Below are positions 28,510 through 37,845 of a stretch of 64,000 bases of DNA, piece by piece. Within the stretch, counting starts at the first letter, position 1, and every line of letters starts with the position of its first letter. The stretch is taken from contig CAVQEQ010000004.1 in the NCBI GenBank assembly GCA_963711565.1, positions 1,120,001 to 1,184,000 of the forward strand. Reading direction: 5' to 3'. The position numbers were made by a program, and so were the translations under genes. Source of the stretch: an uncultured delta proteobacterium. GTDB taxonomy: Bacteria; Desulfobacterota; Binatia; Binatales; Binataceae. Below the pieces are notes generated by a model. The model had not been told where the DNA came from. It worked only from the letters and a program-made list of their open reading frames with translations, and did no database searches.

Positions 28510-28812
28510 CTAGGGCATCGACAGGCAGATTTGCAATTCGTTGATTGCGTTGTCGATGTAGCCGACGGCGTTGGCCTTGTGCCCGTGATAGTCATTCGCG
28601 GCTTTGACCTGTAGCACGTACTTCGCATGCTGTAGCTCGTTCATAGCCTGTGAGATTTCAGGATGGCCGGTGGGAGGAGGTCCGCCGTAGTAGCCACCTT
28701 CAGCCGGCGGACCGTAGGGACCGCTGCTGTAGGCAGGGCCCTGCGAGCAGGCGGCGCAGGCGAGCAAGACTCCGAAGATGACGCCGCCGGCGAAACACAT
28801 TCCTTTGACCAC
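28510..28812 (-). CDS. Small putative lipoprotein
   Basis: AAAGGAG RBS plus GTG; CAAC lipobox-like motif; Pro/Gly/Tyr linker; HP....A...L..A..DY.GH..NA...ID.AI.EL helical domain. Confidence 0.65.
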   Translation of the reverse strand: MVKGMCFAGGVIFGVLLACAACSQGPAYSSGPYGPPAEGGYYGGPPPTGHPEISQAMNELQHAKYVLQVKAANDYHGHKANAVGYIDNAINELQICLSMP

Positions 28813-28825
28813 GGAAATTCTCCTT

Positions 28826-29239
28826 TCAGGGGAAGTGGCGATCGATGTAAGTGAGCGCGGACTCGAGGTCGGGCAGTATTTTGGTGCAGAAGCGGACCAT
28901 CCACGGCGAGCATTCCGCAAAACTGAACGGGCTGAACGCAATCACGAACTTGCCGAGATCGTGCCCGGCGTAAAAGACTTCCATCGCGGTGCCGAGCGAG
29001 GGCTTGGAGTAATTCACCAGCAGCAGGTCGGCGTCGCGAACGTCCTGCAGATCGAACTCGACGATTTCGTTGGCGGAATCGATCTCGCGGTCGCGGAAAT
29101 TGCGGCGCAACGGATCGAGCAGGATGAATCTTCCGGCGAGCCGTTCCTTGGCGCGGGTGCGCCAATCCTTGGCCGCGCGATCGGACTCCGCATCCATGAT
29201 TGGCCCGCAGAGGTAAATTTTTCGGACCCCGTCCGCCAT
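28826..29239 (-). CDS. Nucleoside 2-deoxyribosyltransferase-like protein
   Basis: IYLCGP, DP.R, D..DV..AD, SLGTAME motifs. Confidence 0.8.
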   Translation of the reverse strand: MADGVRKIYLCGPIMDAESDRAAKDWRTRAKERLAGRFILLDPLRRNFRDREIDSANEIVEFDLQDVRDADLLLVNYSKPSLGTAMEVFYAGHDLGKFVIAFSPFSFAECSPWMVRFCTKILPDLESALTYIDRHFP

Positions 29240-29354
29240 CGCGCCGCAATCTACCACAGCGCGGAAGGGAGTGCATCGAGAATAATCCCGGAGCGTTTCA
29301 TATCCCGCTCAAAGCCGATAAGTTTTAAGACTGCCGCTCGAGCGGCATTTCAGA

Positions 29355-30143
29355 ATGGCGACAGTTGAACGTCTAAAACCGGGAGAGGTCAGCGACGCGG
29401 CCGACAGGGCCGAAACGCTGGCACTTCGCGGCGAAGGCCTGGTCAAGGTTTACGGCGGCCGCGCGGTCGTCAACAACGTCAACGTCATCGTCAAGCCGGG
29501 CGAGGTGGTGGGCTTCCTCGGCCCCAATGGCGCGGGCAAGACCACCACCTTCTACATGCTGGTGGGACTGCTCAAGCCCGATAAGGGACGCATCATGTTC
29601 AGCGGCGAGGACATCACGACGCTGCCGCTCTATCAGCGCGCGCGCCGCGGGATATCCTATCTGCCGCAGGAGCCGAGCGTCTTCCGCAAGCTGACCGTCG
29701 AGCAAAATCTGCTGGCCGTGCTCGAAACGCTGCCGCTTACCGAAGAGGAGCGCAACGCGCGCCTGCAGACGCTGCTCGACGAGCTCGGAATCGCGCACCT
29801 GGCGAAGTCGAAGGCGGGGGTGCTGTCCGGCGGCGAGCGACGACGCGTGGAAATTACGCGCGCGCTGGTGCTCGACCCGGTGTATCTATGTCTCGACGAG
29901 CCGTTTGCCGGGATCGACCCGATCACGGTCGTCGAGATTCAGCGCGTCGTGTCGTATCTGAAAGAGCGGGGCATCGGCGTGCTGATGTCGGATCACAACG
30001 TGCATGCGACGCTGTCGATCATCGATCGCGCCTATATCATTCACTCGGGCAAGATTCTGTTCGAAGGCAAACCGCGCGACATCGTGGCGAGCGACGCCGT
30101 ACGCCAGGTGTTCCTGGGCGAGCGGTTCAAGCTGGCGAGATAG
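29355..30143 (+). CDS. lptB: LPS export ABC transporter ATPase
   Basis: GPNGAGKTTTFY, YLPQEPSVFRKLTV, LSGGERRRVEI, LDEPFAGIDP, DHNV. Confidence 0.95.
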   Translation: MATVERLKPGEVSDAADRAETLALRGEGLVKVYGGRAVVNNVNVIVKPGEVVGFLGPNGAGKTTTFYMLVGLLKPDKGRIMFSGEDITTLPLYQRARRGISYLPQEPSVFRKLTVEQNLLAVLETLPLTEEERNARLQTLLDELGIAHLAKSKAGVLSGGERRRVEITRALVLDPVYLCLDEPFAGIDPITVVEIQRVVSYLKERGIGVLMSDHNVHATLSIIDRAYIIHSGKILFEGKPRDIVASDAVRQVFLGERFKLAR

Positions 30144-30333
30144 CGAGGCTCACGCTTGATCCAGTGCGATTTTAGTGGCGCGGGCCGCCGTGCCCGCGGC
30201 TGAATTTGCCGATGCGAACAATCCGACTTGACTGCAAGTATCAGCCAAGCGGCGGCCGTCGGGGCAATGGCACCAGGGGATTGAAACGCGGGCACAGCGG
30301 CCCGCGCCACTTAAATCGCGACTCTTCGTCGAA

Positions 30334-31143
30334 TCAGTAAGGGACACCGGACGCACCAAATCCGGAATTGGGCATCGGCGGCGGATAGGTCGGATAGCCG
30401 TAAGTGCGGTAGCCCGGCGCGTAGCCGGAGCTGAATCCGCCGAAACTTCCGCCATAGCCGCCGGTGCCCATCGTCATACCACCGCCGAGCAGGAGCGGGA
30501 GGAGCATGGTCAGCCCGCTGGGGGGCGAGCTGTTGTACTGCTGATACTGCTGAATCTGCTGCCCCTGCGCCTGGTAGGCCGCCGCGCCAGGAGGCAAGCT
30601 GTTCTGATTGTTCTGATAATCCTGGACCGAACCGGATGAAGCGTACGGATCGGTGCCGTCGGACGGCATCGTATTGTCGGCCGGGACGCCGTTGACGGTC
30701 GAGCCCGAGTTGCCAGAGGAGCCGGCCAGTTCGGGACTGATCTTGATCCGGTTATCGACGACCAGCGACGAGTCCTTCAGATAGTGGCGCGCCTTCTGCT
30801 CGGCGTCCGTCTTGCCGAAATCGCTCGCGACGAAACCGAACAGTATCACCTGCTTGCCGCCGCTCGGACTGGTAACGACTTGGGCGCCGACCAGCGGCAG
30901 CGAGTGATGCTTAAGATAATCGGAGAGATCCTGACTCTGCGCTGAATCGATCGTGCCGCCGGCGACGGTGCCGGCAGCCGACGGCGGCGGCATCGAACTG
31001 GAATCGAAGCTGTTCGAGGTTCCCAGCGGCGCCGCTTTGCCCGGACCGGTTCCGAAGGGATTCTGCACCGGGTCGCACGCGGACAATCCCGCGAGAGCGA
31101 CCGCGAGTCCGAAGACCGCCAAGGCATTTGCGATACGACTCAT
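30334..31143 (-). CDS. Lipoprotein with a BON-like segment and a low-complexity Gly/Tyr/Pro tail
   Basis: LSAC lipobox; VILFGFV...K..AE..A......V.NRIKI. Confidence 0.65.
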   Translation of the reverse strand: MSRIANALAVFGLAVALAGLSACDPVQNPFGTGPGKAAPLGTSNSFDSSSMPPPSAAGTVAGGTIDSAQSQDLSDYLKHHSLPLVGAQVVTSPSGGKQVILFGFVASDFGKTDAEQKARHYLKDSSLVVDNRIKISPELAGSSGNSGSTVNGVPADNTMPSDGTDPYASSGSVQDYQNNQNSLPPGAAAYQAQGQQIQQYQQYNSSPPSGLTMLLPLLLGGGMTMGTGGYGGSFGGFSSGYAPGYRTYGYPTYPPPMPNSGFGASGVPY

Positions 31144-31344
31144 ATATGTCGCGGATTATAGTCCTCTACCACTCACCTAACAATTCGACGAATAGCCGGC
31201 AACTTCGTTTCATTTCGCGAGGATCGCTTCGCGTTGCGAGAATGAATTACGCACTGTGCGAGAAGGGGGCGCGTCGAATCTACGGTTTTCGATGGCACGC
31301 TCGATGCAATCCGAGTTAACGGGATGTGGAACGAAGGAATCGCA

Positions 31345-31857
31345 ATGCTGACCAACAAAGACAACAAGAACCGAGCGGAAAAGTGCGCGTCGGCGGCGCG
31401 GGTCGAGGCCGTGCTCGCGCGCTTGAGCCGTGAAGACTCGAAACTGGGCGACCGGATGCTCAATGCGGCGGTCGCAGGCGCGGTGGTCGCGCGGCAGCCG
31501 GCGGATACGATTCTGCGGGCGGAGGCGGCGGAGGCATGGAACTCGATTAAGACCGTGATCGAACATCACCTCAACAGCGAAGAGGATGTCGTGCTGCCGT
31601 GGGCGGAGTCGCTCGAGAATTTCCCGCCCGACCTGATATTGCGCGCCCGCGAGCAGCGCACGCGGCTGTGCTGCCTGGCGCGAACAGTCGATGCGACGTC
31701 ATTCATCACGGGGTCGAATGAGGAAGTCGTCAAGGCCGGCACCGCGCTGACGGCGTTCGCGGTATGTCTGGACGATCTGATCGACGGCGAAGAGCGCGAT
31801 TTGTTTCCAATGATCCAGCGGAGCCTGTTCGAGGAATCGAGCGGCGCCGGCGCGTGA
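31345..31857 (+). CDS. Hemerythrin-like domain protein (degenerate)
   Basis: HH...EE..VLP and EE..LFP motifs; AAGGA RBS. Confidence 0.7.
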   Translation: MLTNKDNKNRAEKCASAARVEAVLARLSREDSKLGDRMLNAAVAGAVVARQPADTILRAEAAEAWNSIKTVIEHHLNSEEDVVLPWAESLENFPPDLILRAREQRTRLCCLARTVDATSFITGSNEEVVKAGTALTAFAVCLDDLIDGEERDLFPMIQRSLFEESSGAGA

Positions 31858-31888
31858 GGTGTTAGTGATTTTCTTGCCCGTGGCTGCT

Positions 31889-32040
31889 TCCCTCGCCCGA
31901 CGTGGGGCGAGGGTTAGGGTGAGGGACAGCTGTGCGGCGCAATTGTCTGGTGCGCCACCTATTTGGAATTTCTCAGAAAATCTGGTCCCTCACCCGCCGC
32001 TCAAGGACGAGCGTCGGCCTCTCCCCACGTGGGGCGAGGC
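31889..32040. repeat. Repeat family D pair (CCCTCACCC / CTCTCCC..GGGCGAGG)
   Basis: Two oppositely oriented REP-like hairpins between convergent genes. Confidence 0.7.
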
Positions 32041-32049
32041 GAAGAAGGG

Positions 32050-32853
32050 CTACTTCGCGTAGCCGACCTCTTGCAGGAAGTCGCGCACCAGTTGATTGAA
32101 CACCGGGGCGTTCTCGAAATAGATCGAATGACCGCTGCCGGGCACCGTCCGCAGCCGCGCGTTGGGCAGGGCCGACGCCAGTGCCTTGACGATATCCGGC
32201 CTGATCAGCGTGTCTTCTTCACCAACCGTGCACAGTATCGGCATCGTCAGGCGTTGCTTCACCGCGGCGAGATCGTAGCGCAGGCCAACTATGCGTGCGC
32301 CGGCGTCGGCGGGAGGACGCGCGCCGAGAATGCGAACTTCGTCGTAGAGAAACGCCATCTCGGGATGCTTGCCGAAATAATCGGCGGCATATGTCGGCAA
32401 CGATCCGATCGGCGGGGACGCATCGACCGGCAGCGGGGTGCGCGGCGCCTCGAATTTCATGTCGGGCGTGAAGATGCCGCCCGGCGTATCCGCCATCACC
32501 ATCGCGGCGACGCGTTCCGGATGCTCGAGCGCATAGCCGACAATTGTCCATCCGCCCATCGACTGCCCGATCAACACGGCCTTGTCGATCTTCAGATAGT
32601 CGAGCAGCGCGCCGAGGTCACTCGCGTGCGCGCGATTGAACACGCCGTCAGTATCGCGTGACAAGCCGAAGCCGCGCTGATCGACCGTGATGCATTCGAA
32701 CGATCGCATGAAGTAGGGAACCTGCTGCCACCATGAGAGATGGTTGCCGCCGAGCCCGTGCAGAAAGACGATCGGCGCGCCGGCCCCGACGCGCTCGTAG
32801 TAGAGCGAAAACTTGCCGATCTCCAATCTGCCAGGCGTGATTCGATATTCCAT
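32050..32853 (-). CDS. Alpha/beta hydrolase
   Basis: HGLGG, DQRGFG, GQSMGG nucleophile elbow, GEED, GHS.YFE. Confidence 0.9.
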   Translation of the reverse strand: MEYRITPGRLEIGKFSLYYERVGAGAPIVFLHGLGGNHLSWWQQVPYFMRSFECITVDQRGFGLSRDTDGVFNRAHASDLGALLDYLKIDKAVLIGQSMGGWTIVGYALEHPERVAAMVMADTPGGIFTPDMKFEAPRTPLPVDASPPIGSLPTYAADYFGKHPEMAFLYDEVRILGARPPADAGARIVGLRYDLAAVKQRLTMPILCTVGEEDTLIRPDIVKALASALPNARLRTVPGSGHSIYFENAPVFNQLVRDFLQEVGYAK

Positions 32854-32971
32854 CGCGATTCCCCGTGCGAGCTTTCGTGCAGTCCAGAGTGGTAGTCCCG
32901 TCAAAGCGCGCGGGCAATCCCTGATAGCCCCAAATCCTGCTAACAAGGCGAGGGCCGCATCTTCTCTTTTC

Positions 32972-32995
32972 ACTGGGTGCAGGGGTCACCCCTGC
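32972..32995 (+). repeat. Repeat family B truncated copy, overlapping the TetR stop codon
   Basis: ACTGGGTGCAGGGGTCACCCCTGC. Confidence 0.75.
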
Positions 32996-33591
32996 TTGTC
33001 GATGCGCAGGCCTGAGAGCAGGTGCCCGACGTTCTCGCCGACCTCGCGGCGGGCACTGGGTTTGTCGCCCGCGTGCGCGATGAAGATTGCGCCTTCGGTG
33101 ATCGCGCCCATCAGCAGGTACGCGAGTGAATCGACCGGTCCGCGCGCGATGACTCCCTGGTCCATCGCGGCCTCCAGCGCGGCGATGACCAGCCGCAGAT
33201 TGTGCTTGGCGTCGATCTCGCGCCATCGCGCCCATCCCAAAACGGCGAGCGCGTCGATCAGCACGATCCGTTGCACGGCGGGATCGAGGCAGGCGTCGAG
33301 GAAAGCGTTGCATCCGGCGAGCATCCCGTCCCACGCGCTGGTATGCCCGACGGCGGCGTCGGCGACCGTTTGCGTGAGGCGCTGCTCCTCGAGATCGAAC
33401 ACGGCGGAGAACAGATCCTGCTTGTCTTTGAAGTGATGGTAGAGGGCGCCGCGGGTGACGCGGGTGCGCCGCGCGACGGTTTCGATGTCGGTCGCGGCGT
33501 AGCCGAGGCGGGCGAAGAGCTTGCGCGCGTTCTTGATGAGGGCGGCGCGGGTGGCGAGGGATTGTTCGAGCTTGCGGCTCTTGACTGTCAT
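32986..33591 (-). CDS. TetR/AcrR family transcriptional regulator
   Basis: TRAALI..AR.LF...GY..T.IE.VA...VTRGALYHHFKDK.DLF HTH. Confidence 0.93.
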   Translation of the reverse strand: MTVKSRKLEQSLATRAALIKNARKLFARLGYAATDIETVARRTRVTRGALYHHFKDKQDLFSAVFDLEEQRLTQTVADAAVGHTSAWDGMLAGCNAFLDACLDPAVQRIVLIDALAVLGWARWREIDAKHNLRLVIAALEAAMDQGVIARGPVDSLAYLLMGAITEGAIFIAHAGDKPSARREVGENVGHLLSGLRIDKQG

Positions 33592-33609
33592 ACTATTATC
33601 ATGTCAGAT

Positions 33610-33626
33610 ACATACTGTTGGTATGT
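33610..33626. promoter_or_regulatory. Probable TetR operator
   Basis: Palindrome ACATAC-tgttg-GTATGT in the 75-bp divergent gap between tetR and the hydrolase gene. Confidence 0.7.
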
Positions 33627-33666
33627 TAAATACCCCAAACAAACAACAACAGGAGGCAGGCTAGCA

Positions 33667-34527
33667 ATGAAAGCAGCAGAATTCCATCAGGCGCGCAAAT
33701 TCGCGGACACCACCTTCGGCCGAATCGCTTACGTCGAGAAGGGCGCGGGCCCCGTGGCGCTGTTTATCCACGGCTTCCCCGTCAACGGCTTCGCGTGGCG
33801 GGACGTTCTGGACGATCTCGCCCCGGCGCGCCGCTGTATCGCGCTCGACCTGATGGGGCTGGGATACACCGAAATAAAGGCGGACCAGGATCTCGGCTTC
33901 GACCAGCAGGCCGCGATGATCGCGGCCTTCATGGATCGGCTGGGATTGTCGCAGGTCGATCTCGTCGGCAACGACAGCGGCGCGAGTATCAGCCAGGTGT
34001 TCGCGGCGCGATATCCGTCGCGGCTGCGCAGCCTCGCCCTCACTAACTGCGAGGTCCACGACCTGTGGCCCAACGCGATGCTGAAAGCGGCGTTCGATCA
34101 ATTTGCGGACCCGTCGATCATCATCGGAATGAAGACGATGCTCGACGCGCCCGCCGTCGCGCGCCAGGCGTTCGCCTCGGTCTATGAAGACGCCGAGCGA
34201 ATCCCCGACGAGGCGTTCAAGATGTATTTCGAGGCGGCGCTGGCGTCCGAGGATCGGAGCAACAACCTGCGGCGATTTCTCAGTCTCGGCAATCTGAAGG
34301 TGCTGACTGCGATCGCGCCGCAATTGCGCGAGCTCAAGGTCCCGACGTTGATCGTGTGGGGCGAGGCCGACACCGCCTTCGATCTGAAATCGGTGGATTG
34401 GCTCAAGAACAATATCGGCAACGTGCGGCGGGTGATTATGGTGCCGCGCGCAAAACTATTTTTCCCCGAGGAGCATCCCAAGCTGATGAGCGTGCTGCTG
34501 CAGGAATTCTGGCGCAGCATCGCGTAA
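33667..34527 (+). CDS. Alpha/beta hydrolase (haloalkane dehalogenase/epoxide hydrolase-like)
   Basis: HGFP, DLMGLG, GNDSG (Asp nucleophile), VWGEAD; AGGAGG RBS. Confidence 0.88.
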   Translation: MKAAEFHQARKFADTTFGRIAYVEKGAGPVALFIHGFPVNGFAWRDVLDDLAPARRCIALDLMGLGYTEIKADQDLGFDQQAAMIAAFMDRLGLSQVDLVGNDSGASISQVFAARYPSRLRSLALTNCEVHDLWPNAMLKAAFDQFADPSIIIGMKTMLDAPAVARQAFASVYEDAERIPDEAFKMYFEAALASEDRSNNLRRFLSLGNLKVLTAIAPQLRELKVPTLIVWGEADTAFDLKSVDWLKNNIGNVRRVIMVPRAKLFFPEEHPKLMSVLLQEFWRSIA

Positions 34528-34543
34528 GTCGCGCGGTCACTCG

Positions 34544-34945
34544 TTAGCCGCGATGGCGAATCTCGGTACGGCCGCCGCCGAAGAACAGATAGTGGCAGGG
34601 TTGGTCGATGAGCAGGCGATGCCAGATTCCCTGGGGCACGATGACCGCCTCGCCGGCCTTGACCGGGATCTCGGCGCGGCCATCGTCAAGCTCCAGCGAC
34701 AACCGAAAGGCGCCGGAGATCAGGTAGAGAACCTCGTCGGCGTCGAGATGGCGTTCGCCGCCATGGCTTCCGCTATCGTCCTGCCGGCTCTCGCCCCAGA
34801 GGATCCCGTCAACCGCGGGATTCCATATCATGGTGTCGGCGAGTTTGGTGACGTTGCTGAAATCCTTGGGAAGGAACTCCGCCGATCCGCGAGGGCGGCT
34901 GTGAACGTGCACGTTGGAGAGAGTCACGACCTTGGGTTGGGGCAT
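34544..34945 (-). CDS. Cupin domain protein
   Basis: ERH.DADEVLYLISG and GEAVIVPQGIWH motifs. Confidence 0.85.
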   Translation of the reverse strand: MPQPKVVTLSNVHVHSRPRGSAEFLPKDFSNVTKLADTMIWNPAVDGILWGESRQDDSGSHGGERHLDADEVLYLISGAFRLSLELDDGRAEIPVKAGEAVIVPQGIWHRLLIDQPCHYLFFGGGRTEIRHRG

Positions 34946-34992
34946 CCGAGATCACCTCTGTTCGAGTCTCGACCAAAACTGTAAGCAGAAAA

Positions 34993-35586
34993 TTAGTCGG
35001 GACGCGAAGCGGTCTGGACGCACGAGGGGCCGACTAGTCGCCACTTCGCGAGATGCGCGCCCTTCCTGCCCTTGATCATCCCCGACAATTCGCGGCCGTC
35101 CGCGGACAGAATGAGATCGGCCTCGAGCGAAGCCGGATTCGTGTTGTTGATTCGTACCGAGACCGTCCGTCCCTTGACGGTCCCGCTGCCTACCGCCCAT
35201 AGCTTGCCCGTGCCGCCGTCGTAGCTGGTGACAGTTAGCTCGTGGCCGTCCTGTACTATCAGATGACAATTCGAGCCCATGTCGCGCCACGCACCGCTCA
35301 AATTTCTGTGCACTGGCGCGGTCGTTGCGATTGCCGGACTGTCGCCGGCGCTTGCGGGCGCATTGGCGGGGGCGTCAGCGGCAGCTAACGGACCATTCTC
35401 ATCGAGCATGTGCGGGTGGGCACTCGCTCTCGCTTCGATACCGGCCCTGCGGCGTGGATGGTTTCCGAGATATCCGGTCTGGTGTAGCAGGCCGATCAAG
35501 CCCGCGGCAGCGGCGATCGCGGTTGCGATCCCGTTGAACAGGCTCGGCATCACTTGGCGCAGTCCGGTTCTGGCGCTGTCCCCCAT
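34993..35586 (-). CDS. Hypothetical membrane-anchored protein with a C-terminal beta-barrel-like domain
   Basis: N-terminal TM, Ala/Pro linker, NLSGAW..I.Q.G..G.G.V.G..L.LS.DG..L.G. Confidence 0.6.
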   Translation of the reverse strand: MGDSARTGLRQVMPSLFNGIATAIAAAAGLIGLLHQTGYLGNHPRRRAGIEARASAHPHMLDENGPLAAADAPANAPASAGDSPAIATTAPVHRNLSGAWRDMGSNCHLIVQDGHELTVTSYDGGTGKLWAVGSGTVKGRTVSVRINNTNPASLEADLILSADGRELSGMIKGRKGAHLAKWRLVGPSCVQTASRPD

Positions 35587-35694
35587 CCCGCGACCTCAAG
35601 ACAAGTCCGACGGGCGAATCTTAGGGTAACGGGCGGGACTGCATCAAGCGCGCGCGGGCACGATCGAGGCAGTTGTGGCGACGGACAAGACGGC

Positions 35695-36348
35695 CTAGCG
35701 GATGCGTCTACCTGGTCTAACCTTGAACCGGCGGGAATCTCGTTGGGACTTGAGGTAAATCACGAGCGCGATAGCCCCTACGAATAGAACTTCCCAGAAC
35801 AGCAGAACATTCAGATGGTCCATTCTGTCGTACCACGCACCTGACGCAGCAACCTGGCTGACCGGCGTGCCAGCCGTGGTCATGAAGGTGTCGCGCCATC
35901 GCGTCACGATCATGACGCCGTTCCATACGAGACCCACAGCCAGAACCACCACCCAGAAAAGCACGCCGAATTGCTGGGGCAGGCGACGACGAACGATGCT
36001 GTCAACCGACCCGGGCTCCGGGATGATCATGGGAGCCGCTATATGATCCTTGAAATGGCGGAGGTCCGGACTGGAATATCCTTCCAAGGTCGCCGGCTCC
36101 GGGGGGCTCGGGAAGAGCGTGGTGTGATCGATTGTGGGGCTGGTAGCCTCGCGAATCTGGCGCAGGATAAAAAGCATATCCTGCTTGCAGGTCAGGGTTC
36201 CCAGGAGCGCGCACTTCGATAACGCCTCGAGTTCCTGAGGGGTTATGCTCAGGCGCGCGATGAGGTCGTGGTCGTTCCGAATCTCGTCGAGGATCGCCCG
36301 CTCTTGTTGCGAGGTAATCTTCAAATGCGCTGATGAATCGCCTTTCAT
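35695..36348 (-). CDS. Hypothetical membrane protein (two C-terminal TM helices)
   Basis: Helical N-terminal domain, Pro-rich linker, two hydrophobic segments, basic tail. Confidence 0.65.
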   Translation of the reverse strand: MKGDSSAHLKITSQQERAILDEIRNDHDLIARLSITPQELEALSKCALLGTLTCKQDMLFILRQIREATSPTIDHTTLFPSPPEPATLEGYSSPDLRHFKDHIAAPMIIPEPGSVDSIVRRRLPQQFGVLFWVVVLAVGLVWNGVMIVTRWRDTFMTTAGTPVSQVAASGAWYDRMDHLNVLLFWEVLFVGAIALVIYLKSQRDSRRFKVRPGRRIR

Positions 36349-36604
36349 GGAGCGGGATTCTGACGCCGCACGCGGCTTAAAGCAAGACTAAAGACCACGT
36401 GAGACGGATAAGACCTTATAACGTGCGTAAGAGACCCATAAAAATCCAATAGACAAAGCATATAGTAAGTTTTGCCTACCTACTGTAAGACCAGGCGGGG
36501 CGAAGCTGTAGCGAATTTCTACCCGATGTATAGGAATCGGGCTGGCGGCAGGTGCTCGATGCGACGGTGGAGGCGCAGGTATGCGGGCGCAACCGCCTCA
36601 GAAT

Positions 36605-36676
36605 TGCCCCGGCCGGGAATCGAACCCGGACCTGAGGTTCCGGAGACCTCCGTGATGTCCTTTTCACTACCGGGGC
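36605..36676 (-). tRNA. tRNA-Arg(CCG)
   Basis: GCCCCGG acceptor stem, GTGA/TCAC D arm, GAGGT-CT CCG GA-ACCTC anticodon arm, GGTTCGATTCC T loop; CCA not encoded. Confidence 0.93.
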
Positions 36677-36774
36677 GAAGGATGCGGCAGAGGACAGAAC
36701 TACATCAGCGATGGACGGCGGACAAGGCGCGCGGTGGTTGATCCTCGCGTCGAGCGCGCGGCACCATGGTCGCG

Positions 36775-37575
36775 ATGGCGACTGACACAGGCATCGACTC
36801 GGCACGTATCCTGCGCGAGCAATACAAGGACGGCTCCAACCTGACGGCGCGCATCCGGCTACATCAGCGCTTCAGCACCAATCGCTACGGATTTTTCCGC
36901 TGGATGTTCGATCGAATCCAGATTCCTGAAAACGCGCGCGTGCTCGAGATCGGCTGCGGCACCGGCGTATTGTGGCGCGGCGCGGCGCAGGTCCTTCGCG
37001 GCTGGCGCGTGATTCTCACCGACATGTCCGCCGGGATGCTGGACGAAGCGCGCACCAATCTCGCGCAGCTTGACCGCTCGTTCGCCTACTCGCAGGCCGA
37101 CGCGCAGGAACTGCCGTTTCAGGACGCGTCGTTCGACGCCGTCATCGCGAATCACATGCTCTATCACGTCCCCGACATCCCGCGCGCGCTCAAAGAGGTT
37201 GGGCGCGTGCTCAAGCCGTCGGGCTTCTGCTATGCGGCCACGATGGGACTCGCGAGCATGCGGGAGATGGACGAGCTTGGGGCGCGTTTTTTCTCGATTC
37301 ACCGGATGACGGGGTCGGCCGCGAAATTCGGTCTCGAGAGCGGTGAGCCTTACATGCGCGCCGCCTTCGGGGAGGTCAAGCTCGAACGTTACCCCGACTC
37401 GCTGGCGATTACCGAAGCCGCGCCGTTGATGGATTACATCTGCTCGATGCGCGTGCGAACCAGAATCACCGACGAGCAGATCGCGGCACTACGCGCGCAC
37501 GTCGAGAACGAAATCGCGACCTACGGCGCAATCCGGATGACCAAGGACGCGGGGATGTTCATCGCGCGGCGCTAA
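36775..37575 (+). CDS. Class I SAM-dependent methyltransferase
   Basis: VLEIGCGTG, D.S.GM, FDAVIANHMLYHV, LKP.G; start 36766 or 36775. Confidence 0.9.
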   Translation: MATDTGIDSARILREQYKDGSNLTARIRLHQRFSTNRYGFFRWMFDRIQIPENARVLEIGCGTGVLWRGAAQVLRGWRVILTDMSAGMLDEARTNLAQLDRSFAYSQADAQELPFQDASFDAVIANHMLYHVPDIPRALKEVGRVLKPSGFCYAATMGLASMREMDELGARFFSIHRMTGSAAKFGLESGEPYMRAAFGEVKLERYPDSLAITEAAPLMDYICSMRVRTRITDEQIAALRAHVENEIATYGAIRMTKDAGMFIARR

Positions 37576-37596
37576 GAGTGCGCGTCCGCACCCACG

Positions 37597-37820
37597 AAGG
37601 AGCGCTGCGCGATCTCAGAAACCGGAACCGGCTTCGCGTGCGCGAAGCTGTCCGAGGTTCCTCCTCCCGTCGCGTTCGCTCCCGTCGTCGGAATGACAGA
37701 AGCGCTCGCCTCGCTCGCTTCGTCAGGGCATAAATAATCGCTCGCCATGCTCGCTTCAGTCAGAACGACGACCAATGCTCGCAACTCGGAGCCGGTTTCG
37801 GAGATCGCGCAGCGCTCCAT
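37597..37820. repeat. Repeat family C: full minus-strand copy (37597-37698) plus partial plus-strand copy (~37788-37818)
   Basis: Near-identical reverse complement of 44569-44669. Confidence 0.88.
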
Positions 37821-37845
37821 TGCTGGGGTCGTCGCGCGGCGCTGA

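Noticed and set aside
28826-29239. NDT-like gene as part of an anti-phage defence system
   Set aside because: No kinase, sensor or effector partner is adjacent; a housekeeping nucleotide-sanitising role is equally likely.
34544-36676. Prophage or integrative element at tRNA-Arg
   Set aside because: No integrase, phage genes or duplicated tRNA 3' end seen.
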